Part shown: positions 21,846-34,340 of the stretch, piece by piece
Numbering within the stretch: the first letter of the stretch is position 1
Layout: the number at the start of each line of letters is the position of its first letter
Assembly (NCBI RefSeq): GCF_009834535.1
Contig: NC_045696.1
Span: forward strand, 64,606,001 to 64,670,000
Reading direction: 5' to 3'
DNA from: Camelus ferus
Lineage: Eukaryota
DNA length: 64,000 nucleotides
Position numbers and translations under genes: made by a program
The notes under the pieces: generated by a model
The model's input: only the letters and a program-made list of their open reading frames with translations
What the model was told of the DNA's origin: nothing
The model's database searches: none

Positions 21846-23829
21846 CTTTAGACGTTAGGGGACTGATTGCATCTACGAATGACACTGCTCTGGGCATGTC
21901 AGTATAGAAGATTTGATATCTTGTAACTAATCAGTATGGAAACTCCTGGATACGTGATCATGTTGTAAGTTTTTGGTTTCTTTTGGAAAGAATGGAAATT
22001 AAATTGCAAAAGAGAGTGTTTGCTTCATGGTTATATCAGAAAATGGACTCACTTTTAAATACCCTCTCTGTTCTTCCTCCAGCCATTTCATTTCAATCCT
22101 TTGATTATCTTTAAACACTTACTCTGTAGGTTCATTCTGAGCTCCTGAAAATGTCCTGGTATTAACCCATGGTAGTGTGATACTAGACTGCTGAAATCAA
22201 GGTGTAGCTTATAGTGAACATAGCGTTACCCTCGTCCCATTGTCATGTGCCTCTGTTCAATTCTTTTGAGATTCATGTGAGATGCTCCTTGTTCCGCAGC
22301 ATCTCCCTTGACCTCCCTTACATCTAATTAATATTTACTGGCATGCTTCTCATGACCTAAGTCCTTATTTGCCCCTCACATGCTGCATTTCTTACAGTCA
22401 GCATTGTAATTTTTGTGTTCTTTATTTAAACAAATATTTACTGAGCATCTGCTATGTTCCCAATGTCCTTAGTTCTGAGAATAAAAGAAACTAAGGTTCA
22501 ATCTCCGATCTTCAAGATCTCATTCTCATATATCCACTAATATATTAACTTTCTTGTGGGCATAACGTGAACCTCTAATGTTCCCACAGCCACCCAGGTG
22601 CCTGCATCAGATAAAACATTTCATTTACATAGTAGGGACTCAGATTGTATGTGTTGAATTGGATAGCCTTAATTAGTTTATCGTGCCATGCTCATGCATC
22701 CAGGAGACTGTAAACTGGGAGAGGTGAAAGACGTTTGGCTACCAGGAACATCAGTTTGATTCCAGATCATAGAAGGCAGTAACCTGACCTGCTTTCTTCA
22801 CCGAGAACTGCACATGTGTTCCCAATGAAGATTCAACTGTGTTCTGAGTTTCACACCATCATTAGAGTGAGGCCAGGGGCATGAACTGATGTATGTAAGT
22901 TACAGAATAATCATTTCTCTGAAACTAGAATGGTTCACCCTGCAGGAGAGAAAGGAAATGTCTATGTAGTAACTACTTTATCGGAGCTGGGAAGTGATTT
23001 TAAGGAAAACTACTTTGTGGTTATAAAACAAACAACTAAAACTCTGAAACCATTGCAGAATAAGCAAAATATAATTCAGCAGAAAAACGTAACAGAATGG
23101 GCATTGAACATAGGAAATCCCTGTTCTCATCTGAGCTCTAATGGTATAACCTTGGACAAATCACTTTTCTTCTCTGAGTCTCAAGATTCTTAAATATTAA
23201 AGGGAGTTCATTTCATTTAATTCAGAGTATTTGCTGAGTTGCCACACTGTTCCAGGCTCGTGGTTAAAAGCAGGGGATGGACATATAAACAGTGTGCTGG
23301 GTTGCCCTCCGGGAGCGTACAGTCTGGGGATACATCAGCAGACTCAGGAGCTGACAGCTTCTAACATTGCTGTACGTCTCTCCTCCATTCATCTCTCAGA
23401 GTTCTGGTAGGGTAGCAGGGCACTAGAATATAATCTTAGAGTGATTAATGGCCTCTACAGAGACAGTTAACATTCCACAGCAGTAATGCCTGCTTTTTGT
23501 TACACTTTTAGTTTCTTTAAACAAAACTGTTGTGTGGGAGAACATCGGAACCCTTGCTAATCAGCATCTACTCTAGAAGCTGTTCCGACTGGCGGGCTCC
23601 CTGGCTGGTAACCGATTGTCTGTGTTAGGTGGTTATTATGAGGCTGGTTAGCCTTAGTAGTGAGTCTGGAGGTCGCCAGTTAGTTATCTCCTGTCACTCC
23701 CTTACTCCCTGTCCTTTTATGCCTTTAAGCTTCTGACCCTATTACGTGTGTTGTTTTGTGCCTACTGAGTGACTAATAATGGTATATTGGATTTGTTAAT
23801 ACTTGCTTTCCTGATGTGTCACATATTAA

Positions 23830-24000
23830 TAGCCATAAATAACATTCACGAGATACTCTGTATTTTTCCAAAGGGCTTTTAATATATGTTATTTTCCTTA
23901 AAACCCTGCGATTAAGTATTTTAACTTCATTTTGCAGATAACAAAACCGAGGCTCAGAAAGACTAAGTGACTCAGGCAGCTCATCTTTATTTCTCTGTAG
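23830..24000 (-). mobile_element. MIR SINE
   Basis: cattttgcagataacaaaaccgaggctcagaaagactaagtgact. Confidence 0.65.
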
Positions 24001-26689
24001 AATAAGAATTACTATACCTACCCCAAGCCCCATAGCATATAATACCATGATTATGAAATTAAGCTCATACCAATAAAGCATTTAGAGTGTAGAATCATAG
24101 TCTTTCATTATTATTAGCTGTGTTTGTCTTTTCATTAGACTGAGATCCTGGGGGCAGGAGGAGAAATTAATCCTTGCCATTTTTGTAGTTTCAGCAGCAA
24201 GCATACTGCACAGACACCCAGCAAATTGTCTCCATTGACTTCTGCAAAGGATTTAATTTACCAAAAGGGATTTTGTTTGTGTTTATTATGTATTTTTTGT
24301 AGTAACTCCTCAGAAACGTGAATATGTCTCTGTGTTGCTGGGACTTAGTTTCAAGGCAGTTGTATAACATCTTGTGGGTTTGGGGATGGAGATACACTGG
24401 GTCAAGTATTACACCTTGGTTGGGTTTAAAACATAGACTGTAAAATCTGACCACTAACAGGATTTTCAGTCAGTGGTGCACATCTGAATCACTGGGTATC
24501 CTGTGGTACCCGGGACTCGGATATTTAAGAAGCAGCTCATTTGATTAGGATGTGCACTCTTAATTAGGACTCAACAGATCAGCTACAGGACAATTAATAG
24601 GAAAGCTGTAACATGTACCTGTGCCCCCTGTCAGAAATAATACAGGACTCCTGCTGCCTGGACCTTGACTTTTATCATTACCCTCTTTAGTGTTAGGAGA
24701 CTGTACATGTAGAAGGGAGGAACTAGTTCCTGTACTACAGGCTTGGGTTAGGAAACAGACATGTAGATGGATGGCGAGTGTCTGAGGCTAAGAAGACACA
24801 TTACTTCCCACAGTGTCTTCGTCCTCATCAGTATCTTCGCACGCAGAACGTGGATTTTATTCCAGGATCTGTGTCTTTACTTCTAATTTTAGTTTGCTGT
24901 CCTCTCCAGTTATTGTTTGAAACCGTCTCTGTCGCCTTGTCTTTGGGAACGTGGGACTCCCATCCAGGGAGGCCGTGGTATTTTGCTGCTGCGATGCATC
25001 TGAGGGCACGCTGGCCGAAGTACCAAAGAATACCTGTTGCCTCTCTGTAGATTTTTTCTTTATTACTTTTTTAAGCAAATACTGTGCCTGGGTTTTTACC
25101 TGAAACAGATCCTACCACCAGATTCAGATATCCGTGATTCAGAGAGCACAGATCATTAAAAGTGGGTTTTAAATATTGTTTTTAATAAAAATAAAAAATA
25201 AAAAAAAAGGAAGGGAAGCTGCTATTCTGTGGTTAGGTTTTTCTTTCTCTCCTATTTGTGGACTGGCCATTAGCCTGAGAAGCAGCCCAAAGAGATTAGA
25301 CTGCAGGAAAAAAATCTAGAAGCCTTCAGAGGCCATTCAGATGATAACTAAACACATCAAAGTTTCCCTTAACTAGCAGGCAGGAGGAAGCAGAATGCCA
25401 TCAGCCAGTAACATGTCTGTCTTTCCCTTCTCCCGTTAATTCCTACAGTTATTACCCATGTGAAACAATGGGGTTTTTCTTCGATTCCTCAAATACTGAT
25501 AACATTCAAACATGTTTACCAAACCCCATCACAAGACAAATTTGAAATTCCTTTTTCACTTTTTGAAAACCAAAAATCTAGATGTTTCTGAGTTGAAAAA
25601 AAAGTCAAGATGTTTTTGCCTTTGGTCTCATTCACATACTAAATTGGGGTTAGATGCTCTACAATTTAGAGAACTTCACGAGACTTATTATGTGATTATT
25701 CTAATTATTAAAAATCAGGAAAGTTTAAAATTAGATTACTTAAGCAGTTTTTGTTTCTGCAAAGGCACTTCTTTCCTTTCAAAATATTTTTAACATTTCC
25801 AGCACCATTTGAAATTGAATTTGCTTTACTTTTTTCTCCCTTCTGGGATTTGAAAAAGAAATATTTGCTGTGTGTCAAGAGATAGGTTGTCATGTAAATC
25901 TTGCTTTATTTGCAAGCCTACAAATAATTCAAAATGAGATGACATGGACTTTACATCAGCATAAAAAGCAAACTGATAATGCAAATGTAGCAAAATGCTT
26001 AATAACACTGAGGAAGACAACGAAAGCAATTTTAAAATGAGATGATTTATTTAATAAGCAGTTTTTATTGAGTTCCTATTATGTGTTAGATTCTCTAAGG
26101 CTGAGCTTTTTAAACTGGGAATCTATGTTCTGGTGGGATTATGAGATGGTATACAGAGTGATTCACTGAGGCACGGAAAACATGGTGCGTGTTCTGATGA
26201 GATAAAACTAATATTAGACTAGATACTGGAAAACCTAGTCCCTCTATTCAATGCAGGAACTTTGGGGAAAATCTCTTTCTACTCCTCTCTGGAGCTTAGT
26301 GTCTTAAACCTTTTTTTTTAAATAAAAAAACTCTGTTTCCCTATTGATTTCTACCTTATTACAAAGAAATTGCTTTTTCAGCTTGTTCAGAGTCTTCCTT
26401 TACTTGATTTTAAACTTGATGTCTGTAGAAAACAGGGTGGTCAGTAATTACCACATTAATTTTTAAGGGCCTAGTGTAGTTTTCAACTAGCTTTTTAATG
26501 CTGTGAGTTGTGTGTCTGAATTTGTTGGGTCTATAATTGGACTGAGCAATTAATTTGGTTCCATGTGAGAAAGTACTAAGACTGGGGGAGAATGGCTACT
26601 TGGCCAGAGTTTGTAGATTACCTGACGATCACACACAGGCCCAGGTATGTCTGAACTGATGGGTGGTTGCAGTGGCCTTGAAGAAAAAA

Positions 26690-26830
26690 AGATCGTGGCT
26701 TGGGAGTCTAGAGACTTGAACTTGAATCCTAATTCCTGCCCCAACTCATTGTGTGAGTCTGAGCTGGTCACTTCCTTTCTCCGTCCTTGTTTCTTCATCT
26801 GTGAAACAAGGGTGGATTAAAGGCAAGATT
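26690..26830 (+). mobile_element. MIR SINE
   Basis: ggcttgggagtctagagacttgaacttgaatcct...gtttcttcatctgtgaaac. Confidence 0.6.
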
Positions 26831-27789
26831 CTTTTCATCTCTGGGGTTGTAAGAACTGGCATTTGTGAGGTGTTCATGTAGGGACTACAGTGATGATGTT
26901 CTGTTTAAGGACTTATGGATGGGCCTGGGTCTCTGCTACTTCTTTGGCATTTTTGCTCATCAGATTGTGCATCATGTTTTTGTAATATTTTTCTCACCCA
27001 GCTCATGTGTCTTTACAAATAAGATTGGTTTATTTGTACATCAGTCATATGTGAAGTTGATTTGGTGATATGATTTTATCCTCTCTCCCAACCCTAACCT
27101 GAGTGTTTTACTGACAGTATACAAAGAAGATTTGATTTCCTTTTAGTTCTCAATCATTAGTAATATATTATTCAAAAATAATTGCTCTCAGTCCTTCATT
27201 GTCTTCAGACAACTTAAAAACACTTTCTCTCTTCTGATGTTTGATTGGCTACTGATCATTTTAGATAGAAGAAGCCTTTTTTACTTCCAGGTAAAAGTTA
27301 CCCAAGGTCTAAGAGTTTCATCATTAATAAGCTGAATTTCTTGAATGGTGCAGAGAATAAAATTTAGTAATGGAAGGAAATATTTCCTTTAACAGCCACT
27401 AACATGTTTGTGAACATGAGTTATAATCAGAAATACTTGTGATATGACAGTAGTTATAAAAACCAGTAATGTGGATATATGGACTGATTACAATAATATG
27501 AAATTTGTTTGTCCATGGACAAAGAATAGATGGTGATATGTACAACGGCAATATTTGGGTAATGACTATTGGATGGTGAGGGTTTTTTCCTTTCTCAAAT
27601 CTTTCATTGATATTTTATTACATTTTTTTCAATAAAGCATCGTCTACTAGGTATTGGGCTCAGTTATAAACTTTTAAACAGATCTACTACCTAAGCTGAA
27701 CTCAAGCAAAAATCTTCATGCTTCATGGTTTCACGCTTTATTCATGTGAGATGTTGAAGGACATTGAGGAGATAACTGAGTCTTTTGAT

Positions 27790-28150
27790 ACCACGCCTGT
27801 GTAGCTTTTACTGCATATTGGGCATTTTACACATAGTGACTCATTTAATCCTCCTAACAATCCAATGAGGCAGGCACTATTGTTATCCCTATTTTAGGGG
27901 GTAGAAAACCCTGGCATAGAGACTTTAAGTAATTTTTTTTTCTCGAATTTTTTAAAACATTTTTTATTGATTTATAATCATTTTACAATGTTGTGTCAAT
28001 GCCATTTGCAGCAACATGGATACTCCTAGAGAATGTCATTCTAAGTGAAGTAAGCCAGAAAGAGAAAGAGACTTTAAGTAATTTGACTAGATTACACCAC
28101 TCGTATGTAGCAGACAGGCTTCAGTCTGTGAGCTTAACCACCATTGAATA
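27790..28150 (-). mobile_element. MIR SINE interrupted by a young L1
   Basis: tcatttaatcctcctaacaatccaatgaggcaggcactattgttatccctatttta...ggcatagagactttaagtaatttgactag once the insert is removed. Confidence 0.75.
27936..28066 (-). mobile_element. Young, very short L1 with 5' inversion (twin priming)
   Basis: Identical 18-nt flanks AGAGACTTTAAGTAATTT (27918-27935 and 28067-28084). An antisense L1 tail is joined at 27998-28000 to a sense-oriented ORF2 C-terminal piece (MPFAATWILLENVILSEVSQKEK). Confidence 0.92.
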
Positions 28151-29464
28151 TCTAAGGCATACTTTGCTCTGGTCTGGTGAGTCAGTTAACCTTCCGTTGT
28201 TACTGAAGACTAGTCCAGCTGTGTACATGCACATAAAATGTGTGCAGCTTATTAGCTGTCAGGATGCTGATTCCCATTGGCTCAGGCTCACCCAGCCCTG
28301 GGCCCAGCGAGAGCCAGACTTGGGGAAGCATGAGGAGTTCCTGCCTGCCCTCAGGGGGCTATGAGAATGCACCCAGTGCTCTCCTGTGCCTTAGGTTGGC
28401 TTCCAACCCCGGGAGCTTATTAAGTAAATAAGGGGTTGCACCTTCCTTCTCTCCTCTCACCTTGAAAAGCTGCCCTGCTTATGTGCGAAGCTCAGTTGTA
28501 CAGGAGAGATTACAAGACCTGAAATGAGACACAGAGCTAGCGACGTCTTAGTCCCTCTGACTTGGGCAAGATGTGTCTGTGTGTCTTTGCTTCCTCATTT
28601 GTACAATAACTCTTTCAAGATGAATGGGACAAATAATATAAATATATAATATATAATAAGTGTAAAATATAATACAATATATAATACATAATAAATACAT
28701 ATTTAATATTTATGTGAGAACTCACCATAAAATCAGTGGTCAGTGTTAACAGCTGCTGCTGTTGGGATGGTTCTCTGACCCTTAGGCTCACTGCTCCCTC
28801 TCTTCCTATATGGGGCTGGATTCTTGCCTCAAACTCCTCACTGTCCCGTTAGCCCTTTGCATGAAACCAGATGCAGCTTTCAGTGTCCTTCACACCACGA
28901 CATGTGACCTGTCCTGATGCAGGACAGGATCCCTACCTGATGCTGGCCACCACTGCCACCTTTCTTACTCCCACAGCCATGTTCCTTCCTTCCCTTATTG
29001 TCGCCCCTCCTTCCTACTTGGACCCCAGCTGTGATTGGCCTAGAATTGATTCTGTTCCTTCACACTTTTTTTTTTTTTAGATTGCTGACCCCTGCTGCTT
29101 CATTAGTTTTTCTTTCATTCTGTCTAGTTCTAGTTCATTCATTTTTTCCCTCTGGTTGGAAACACCAGAATGCCATGCAGCTATGGTATATGGTTTAAAA
29201 GGATAGTTTTTAAGACCTACTGGTTTAAGTCATGCTATAAAAATTAAAGAGTAGTAACCAAAAAAATGAAAGAAATTCACTAATCTTTTTGATCAGTTTT
29301 ACTTATTTGCTCCCATTGTCTGGCCTAAAATGAAGTCGAGTTTCTTCAGAAGAGAACTTGACTGTTGTGATAGGAACGTTGACTGACATTGTTGATTGGG
29401 TCTAGGGATCATGCTATCGTTCGGGTCAGAAGAATGAGAACAGCTTTCTGCCCAGTTGTACCTG

Positions 29465-29654
29465 GTCATGGGTTTTCAACCTTAAAGTATGGACCGTAAT
29501 GACCTGTAGGCTTGTTGAAACAGATTTCTGGCTCTCAATTCTGTGGTTTCTGACTCAGTGGGTCTGGGGTGGGCCTGAGCGTTTACATTGTCTAACAGGT
29601 TCCCAGGGGATGCCGATGCTGCTAGTCAAGGGATCATATTTTGGGAACCCCTGG
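29465..29654. mobile_element. MER5A MITE
   Basis: gtttctgactcagtgggtctggggtgggcctgag...tctaacaggttcccaggggatgccgatgctgct. Confidence 0.85.
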
Positions 29655-31159
29655 TGTGTCTCGTAGTCTAAGATTCTCTTGTATTTGGGTATTGTATCTA
29701 GAAATACGTGTACATTTTGCTGAGCATTGAGGAATATTAGAAAAAGGGGTCCTGGAATAGCATTCCCGTGAGGGAACTCTATAGCTTAAAAGAGTAAGCA
29801 AGGTCACATCTAGAAGTCACCCCAGTATCACCCATACCCGTACACACATTAGTTAATTAACACAAAGATGTTATTAGTAATGTGTACAGATAACGCCTGT
29901 TTGGAATTACCCATTTATCTGTGCCATGCCCATTGCTTATCACCAGGATTAGAAATGAAGAAAGACAAAGTTTCTGACCTTATGACGACCTCACAGACTA
30001 GCTTTTGAAGATAGACCCAGAAGCCTAGGAAGAGCTGACAGCAGGCGATGCATGTAAAAATTTAGATTAAATTTCAAGTTCACTTTTAATATCATATCTT
30101 CTGTGTGGATTGCTCTGGCTAGGTGTTACAGACTAGGACCCAGTGAGTAAGACAAGATTTATACCCTCTGCTGTTAGACCAGATACGGAAATACAATCTG
30201 TGGGAATACAGAGAAAGGAGTCGGCATTTGAGCTTGGTCTTACAGGAGAGGTGGAACTGAAACATTGGAAAAATACTCCAGGCTGATGTAATAGTATAAG
30301 CAAAGATACAGGGCTATTAATACACATGTGGCAACTAGGAAAAGATTAAGTGGTCGGTTAATTAATTCGTGTATCTAGCAACTATCTGATAAGCTGGGCA
30401 GTGTTCTAGGTGCTGAAAATAGTAGTGACACGACAAAGTCCCTGCCCTAACGAAGCAGTTAGGGTCTGGGGACAGGATGCAGTCAGCGATGAATCCTGAT
30501 GGAATGAAAGCTTAGAAGAAAATTGTAGAGGCCTGTTACAAATTACATGATGTAGATGATGATAACTTACATTTCACAAATATTGGTATCAATTGTCTTT
30601 TAAAAAAATAGATTCCAGGGCTTTTATTTGAGTGCAATTCTATTTGCAAAGCTTCAGTTATTCCCTAGCTTTTCAAGAAAACATCATTACACAAAGCAAG
30701 GTATACCTATAAGCACACTGCCATGGCCAGAAGAAATGCTGTTGTGATCCAGTATTCTGCTCTATGGCTTTTGCCAGTCTCTGCTGCTGACACACTTCCC
30801 TTGCTTAATGGAACAGTGAGTTTCATGTCTATTCACTTTTGGCTCTCAATCCCCTGAAATTTTTGCATTGAAATTTTACAGAGTGGTATTTTAGGGGAAA
30901 GTTCCAAAAATATTTTTGAAAAGTGTCAGGCTCAAAAATTGCTTCCCAATGATCTATAAATTATTATCAACTCTCAGAATTATAATGATAGGACAAATGC
31001 TATACTAATATGCATGTATTTTGCAACTGTGCTGTATGAAGTTCCTCAAACGCTCCTTAAGTATATGAAGAATAATGTAAGAAATATGTTTGTCTTCGAC
31101 CTTACCGTCACTCTTTCAATAGTGTAATTTGATATTTTGGCTGTCTTTCTTTAGAGAAG

Positions 31160-31420
31160 ATAGAGACATTAGAAGGAACAGTTTCTGAACCCAATTCTGG
31201 TTTTGAATTTTGTCTGTTTCCTGGGGGAAGATACTGTGCAAGGTTCCTAATCTTCCTAACTCCAGCTTTACTCATTTGTATGATGGAGATAATAATAGTA
31301 TTTATTCATAGAATTGTTTTGAGAATTAAATGAAATGATGTATGCAAGTGTTTACCACACTGCTTGGCATATAGTGTTTACCACACTGCTTGGCACTACT
31401 CAACAAAATGTAGCTATGGT
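31160..31420 (+). mobile_element. MIR SINE with an internal tandem duplication
   Basis: ggagataataatagtatttattcatagaattgttttgagaattaaatga...; a 23-nt unit is repeated at 31347 and 31373. Confidence 0.75.
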
Positions 31421-32029
31421 TAAATATCTCAAAACTGCCTCATTAAAACCTCCAGTACAAAATCATAGCCATGGCATTTGCAGAGTTTGATGGATTTAGG
31501 TTTGCTTAAAGGTGTAACTGAATTCCAAGCATAATACTTCCAGTCTGAGCGTTTAGTTGTAACTCAGCATAGAGCTGTAAAATACGGTAGCCCCACAGAG
31601 ATACTGCTTTTGGATCGAAATCTTAAAACTGTTTCAGGTAGACAGCTCCTTGCCAAACTGGACAGCCATAATCAATGGCTGAAGTCGAGAATACTGCCTT
31701 GAATCGAGGTCTCAGCCTGGCTAGTGAAAGATTTATGAACAAGATTTTGAAAATGAAGGTCAGCAGATGATTTTCATCTAATAACCATCAGGAGTGGCTA
31801 GACAGATGGCAGAGACAGCCTTGCCTTTGCTCTGAGCAACCTCTTTTGAGCTCTGCTGACCATTGACTCATGTCTCAGTAAAGAGGTGAGGGTACTGGGG
31901 AACAGCACCTCCTCTGCTACTCGTTCCATCAGAAATGTTTCTAGAGCAAGAGAGGTGTAAGGATAATCCCTCGTGATCAAATTTGAGGTGATGTCTTCCT
32001 TTTTCTTTTTTTTTCACTAGTCATTTTGT

Positions 32030-34340
32030 CACAGTTATGGAGAGTGTATTATCAAAGGTAGCTGTTCCTTGTCCCCTCCCTCGACTTTATTTTTCTCTCC
32101 AGAGGCAGTCACTCTCAGCTCTTCTTGGTATTTACCTCTGTATTCTGAATAGCATTCTCTTCTTACTGTCTCTCAGTTTCTCAGCACTATTTCTGATGTC
32201 TCATGGTAAGAGTGAAGTTTTCATCTCTTTCATCATCACATTCTCACCACAGCAGACATTCCTTGCGTCTTCCCTGCGCTGTTACATTGTTATTTTGGTT
32301 AGATCAGTATTTAGTAGTTACATTATTAAGACTGTGTAAGTGCTTTCCGTGACTAAGGCAGGTGAGACTGTGACTACTCTTCTCCTTTCTCTTAAGATTG
32401 TTTCCTCTATGGGTGACAGTTGTCTGCTTGTTTGTTTGTTCAGCTTTCTACATACCATCCACTATTTAACTCTAAGTCTCTGCTGTCGTTCTAAATCTCA
32501 TCTCCAGACATTCGGACACACAGATACTCTATCAAGTCCATCTTCTTGAAGTAATCTCTCGGAACCTTCTGGCTTGGTTCTGTCTGCGCACTTCTTTCCT
32601 TTTGTGCCCCGTGTGCTGGTTGGACCCTGGGATCTCCCTTTCCATCACCCTGGAAAATCTCTGCGGGCGTCTTTCCTTGGATCTCCTGTTTTCCTGTATC
32701 CTCTCTATCTTTCTTTCTTAGTTCACTTCCTTATTTTGGTGAAATCAATTTTCTAGTACTTTCTAAGAAAAAGGATACGTAGTAGTTAAACTTTCTGGGC
32801 CGCTGCCTATCTGAAAATATACCCATTCTTTCCTCATATTTGGACAAAATTTGGCTATGTTTGGATCTCTAGAGTGAAGATAATTTTCCTTCAGAGCTTA
32901 AGTGACACCACCATGTCTTCTCCTTTCCCCTTTTGTTGTTCTGGTCTGATGACATTCTGATTCCTTGTTTTTTACACATGCCTTATTGTCTCATTTTTTT
33001 TCTTTGAAAAGCTCTTTTTCCCAGAGTTCTGAAAATTTACAAAGATTTGCCTTCTTGTGGTTTCATTTTCACCCATTACGCTGGATACTTTGACGGCTGC
33101 TTTAATGTGGAAACGTATTCTTTGCATCTAGAAGATTTTCCTGAATTTTTTTTTCCCTAGATGATTTCCTGTTCTGTTTCTTTGTTGTCGTCTGGTTCCA
33201 GCTTTTTGGAAATCTTGTTACTTAGATATTGATATTCCTGAATTTCTTTAATGTTTTATTTTTACTACGTTTTATTTCCTATTTTCATCCCTTTTGCATT
33301 TTCCCCCTATTTTCTAGGCGATAAGCTCATCTTTATCTTCTTTTCCTTCTGTTAGATTTTATTTTTAATTTCTATATCAGACTTTTAGTTTTCAAGATTC
33401 TTACTTGTGGTTTTTCTCTGACTGTTTGATTTTACATTATGCTGTCTTGTTTCACTGAGGCAATATCTCTAATACCTTGTTAGGACTATTAATGGCATAA
33501 TTTTCAGAAGTTATTTCCCTCTATAACCTTTGTTTCCAGTTAGCTTCTTTTTATTGCTTGTTTTGATTTCTTTCATGTTAGAGACTTTGTACAGATGATT
33601 TTATATTTGGTTGTCTATTCATAATTAAGAGCAGGCTAAAGGGTGGCAGAAGCTCTGTGCACATGGGTGGGGCTTACTGATGATGGTCTTAGTTACAGGG
33701 TCATCCTGGTGGGCTTTTTACTGTGGAACTCCTGGTATCAGTATCTTTAGGTCTTGCCTCTTATTATTCATAAGTTCCTCAAAGAGGACTGTTTCTCTTG
33801 CCTGAATGGTAGAGACATGGCTCCCAGGAGTCTGGGGGTCTCAGCAGTCCATGTGTAAATGTTCACTTAATCTCTCAGTTTTCAGTGTGGTACTCACTCT
33901 GCCCACTGGACAGAGAGCCTCTCTTCTATCCTCTATAGAGAACAAATCCCCAGTCAGTCTCCTGGGATTGGGGAAGGCAGTTGTCTAGGTCAACGTTTAG
34001 GAGAGTGTTTGAGGTTATAATACCTTCTTAAGAACAGACTGTCCACCAGTTCTGCTTATTTCATCCTTTCCCCTTCATCCTACTTCTAGACAAGCTTGGT
34101 GTTACTACTGTCTAAACTTTTGAAGATTCCACAGTCCAAATTAGGCTGCTTATTGCCTTTCCCCACTGCTGACTTAGCATTTAGTTTTCTCAGGTCCGCT
34201 AAATCCTTTATATCTTCACCAGCTGGCTTCCAAGGTCTAAAATGTGATGGTTGACCCATACCCCTTTATTGTACTTTTAATGGTGTTTCTGGTAGGAATG
34301 AAAGTAAAAGCCTGTGTTCTAGTTTCCCATCTTTACTTAG
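32030..34340 (-). mobile_element. Ancient L1-related element, HAL1/L1ME-like (degraded)
   Basis: About 2.3 kb T-rich tract with recalled HAL1 antisense blocks (cattacgctggatactttg...ctttaatgtggaaac...gaagattttcctgaatt; terminal ccatctttacttagaagtc). Family and limits approximate. Confidence 0.65.

Noticed and set aside
27993..28364. 123-aa ORF beginning MSMPFAATWILLENVILSEVSQKEK
   Set aside because: The start is the inverted L1 ORF2 C-terminal fragment running into MIR and flanking DNA; not a gene.
28630..28712. AT-only tract (also the A-rich tract at ~41516-41578)
   Set aside because: Simple low-complexity repeats.
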